A stretch of 38,490 bases of DNA from Psammoneis japonica (Eukaryota): positions 186,001 to 224,490 of the forward strand of contig QPGO01000137.1 in assembly GCA_008632985.1 (NCBI GenBank), written 5' to 3'. Positions 36,901 to 38,490 of this stretch are shown here, in pieces. How positions within the stretch are numbered: the stretch's first letter is position 1; every line of letters begins with the position of its first letter. The notes below the pieces were generated by a model. It was not told where the DNA came from. It saw only the letters and a program-made list of their open reading frames with translations, and made no database searches. The position numbers and the translations under genes are program-made.

Positions 36901-38183
36901 CAGAACGAAGGAAGGCCGGTGGTCATTGTCCGTGCCTTGCATGGTCTCAAATCTTCAGGTGCAAGATTTAGGGAGCACATGGCAGCTGCTCTGCGGGACG
37001 CTGGGTTTGAGTCTTGCAAGGCTGACCCGGATGTCTGGATGCGGGCTGCGGTTAAGCCGGATGGCTTCAAGTGCTGGGAATGTGCACTTGTCTACGTGGA
37101 CGACTTGTTGTGCATCTCCCATGAACCTCAGAAGGTCATGGATTGTATGAGCTCCAGGTGCACGCTCAAGGACAGAAGCGTCTGTGAGCCGGAAGAGCAC
37201 TTGGGCGCCCAGATTAGAAAGTGCCAGCTGTCTGACTCGGACGGCAAGACACGCTGGGCCATGTCCTCTGACCTTCATGTCAAAAGGGCATCAGCTGACG
37301 TTGAATTAGAGCTTAAGAAAACTGACAGACGTCTTCCAATGAAGGCGTCAACGCCCTTGAGCTCGGGACACAGGCCTGAACTGGACGGTTCACCTGAGTT
37401 GAACGCCAAAACGGCTAACTGCCATCAAGGCCTTGTTGGTGTGCTGCGGTGGGTGGTTGAACTGGGGTGAGTGGACATTTTTGTCGCTGTCTTGCTCATG
37501 TCCTCCTACTCAGCGGCACCACGAGTTGGACACCTGGACGAGGTGCTCCATGTCTTTGCATGCTTGAAAGCTCATTCTAAGTCTGCGCCAGTGTTCGACG
37601 ACACTGAGCCTGTCTTTGACGAGAGTTGCTTTGCCAAGTGTGATTGGGAAGAATGTTGCCCTGGCGCGGCTGAACCAATGCCGCCGAACATGCCGGAGGC
37701 ACGCGGGAATGGCGTGACTGCTGCTTGCTTTGTTGCTTTGTCGATGCTGATCACGCCGGATGCCGTGTGACATGCAGGTCCCACACTGGGATCCTGATCT
37801 TTGTCCAACGAGTGCCCATCTTGTGTCACTCTAAGCGGCAGAATGCCGCAGAGTCCTCCACTTTTGGGTCGGAGTTCGTGGCTGTGAAGACTGCAGTGGA
37901 GCAAATTGAAGCCTTGCGTTGCAAGCTTCGGATGCTCGGAATCCCCATGGATGGGGCCACGACGTTTCTGCGACAATGAGCTGTCTTCAAGAACTCAACT
38001 AAACCAGAGTCTACTTTGAAGAAGAAGCATAATGCAATTGCCTGTCACAGGACTCGTGAGGCACAAGCCGCTGGAATGGCGCGCATTGCTTGAGAAGACA
38101 GACGCACGAATCTAGCGGACGTGCCAACTGAGTTGTTGCCTGGACCGAAGCTCTGGGAAATCACAAGTCACATCCCATGGTGA
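33973..38183 (+). pseudogene. pol: Copia pol (protease, integrase, RT, RNase H) with stops and frameshifts
   Basis: PR DLDSHADTCAVG; IN LSKRWNIG, VGAPQVLVSDGA, PHSPWQNPAEASIRELK; RT CHMIFDIK..RKARFVAGGH, ADVQNAHL, RALHGLKSSG, DPDVWMR, LVYVDDLL; RH FVDADHAG..RSHTG, ESSTFGSEFVA, FCDN, LKKKHN, NLAD. In-frame TGAs at 34357 and 37468; frameshifts near 35205, 35295, 36085, 37730 and 37980. Confidence 0.95.
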
Positions 38184-38314
38184 GTCCCAAAAGGGGACAA
38201 ACCGAACGGGTTTGCCATGCAGGTGCGGCTTTTCCCACCCCCAAAATTTGATTGCTGCCCTGGACATCAGGTTGCATTTGTCTGTCGATCTGGCCCGAGC
38301 GGAGCTGGTGTCAG

Positions 38315-38325
38315 TTTGAGGGGAC
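38315..38325 (+). other. Polypurine tract
   Basis: tttgaggggac lies immediately before the 3' LTR start TG at 38326. Confidence 0.75.
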
Positions 38326-38490
38326 TGAACAAATGCTGACATGCTGTCATGAACACAGGCAGTTTATGTGCTGTTGGCGATTGGTCCACTGTCGCTTGAT
38401 TGGTGGCCCCGGCAGCGTGACATCTCACAATTCTAGAACCTGTTGATGCTGTTCAACACTCTGTCTTGTCTTGCACCCAATTCTCAGCTG
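38326..38490 (+). repeat. 3' LTR (partial)
   Basis: 165 bp aligns without gaps to 31819-31983 with 16 mismatches. Confidence 0.95.

Larger units (their letters stand above)
31819..38490 (+). mobile_element. Ty1/Copia LTR retrotransposon (CoDi-like), near full length, inactivated; 3' LTR truncated by the window
   Basis: Order LTR, gag, PR, IN, RT, RH, PPT, LTR. Direct repeat 31819-31983 vs 38326-38490. Confidence 0.96.

Noticed and set aside
1..38490. Hundreds of overlapping 60-250 aa Cys/His-rich ORFs that could be read as metal-binding proteins or as an alternative genetic code
   Set aside because: Explained by loss of TA-containing stops and gain of TG/CA. Tyr maps to both His and Cys, and the non-coding LTRs show the same changes, so recoding is not needed.

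Overview
Eukaryotic, repeat-dense window with no intact host gene. The element families (CoDi-type Copia, Gypsy with a CxxH-x3-H-x4-C Gag knuckle, Helitron, Crypton-like recombinase) suggest a diatom or other stramenopile; this is inference. From left to right: a Ty3/Gypsy gag-pol fragment (minus strand, runs off the left edge), a decayed DDE-type transposase, a Crypton-like tyrosine-recombinase fragment, two 517-bp MITEs, a Helitron Rep-PIF1 pseudogene split by a ~1.5-kb insert and flanked by unknown genes, a GT10 fucosyltransferase pseudogene, a ~2.6-kb long-TIR element containing a CTCGAG-core motif array, and a near full-length Ty1/Copia element (3' LTR cut by the right edge). The dominant signal is mutational: TpA dinucleotides are almost erased across the window and replaced by TpG/CpA. 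Conserved Tyr codons read His or Cys and TAA/TAG stops are rare, which explains the many spurious six-frame ORFs. The two Copia LTRs differ mainly by reciprocal TG/CA swaps, so the process acted on chromosomal DNA after insertion. It resembles a RIP-like repeat-inactivation process running opposite to fungal RIP (A:T to G:C at TpA, preferring TAY). All counts were made by eye, family assignments come from recalled motifs, and no database searches were run.
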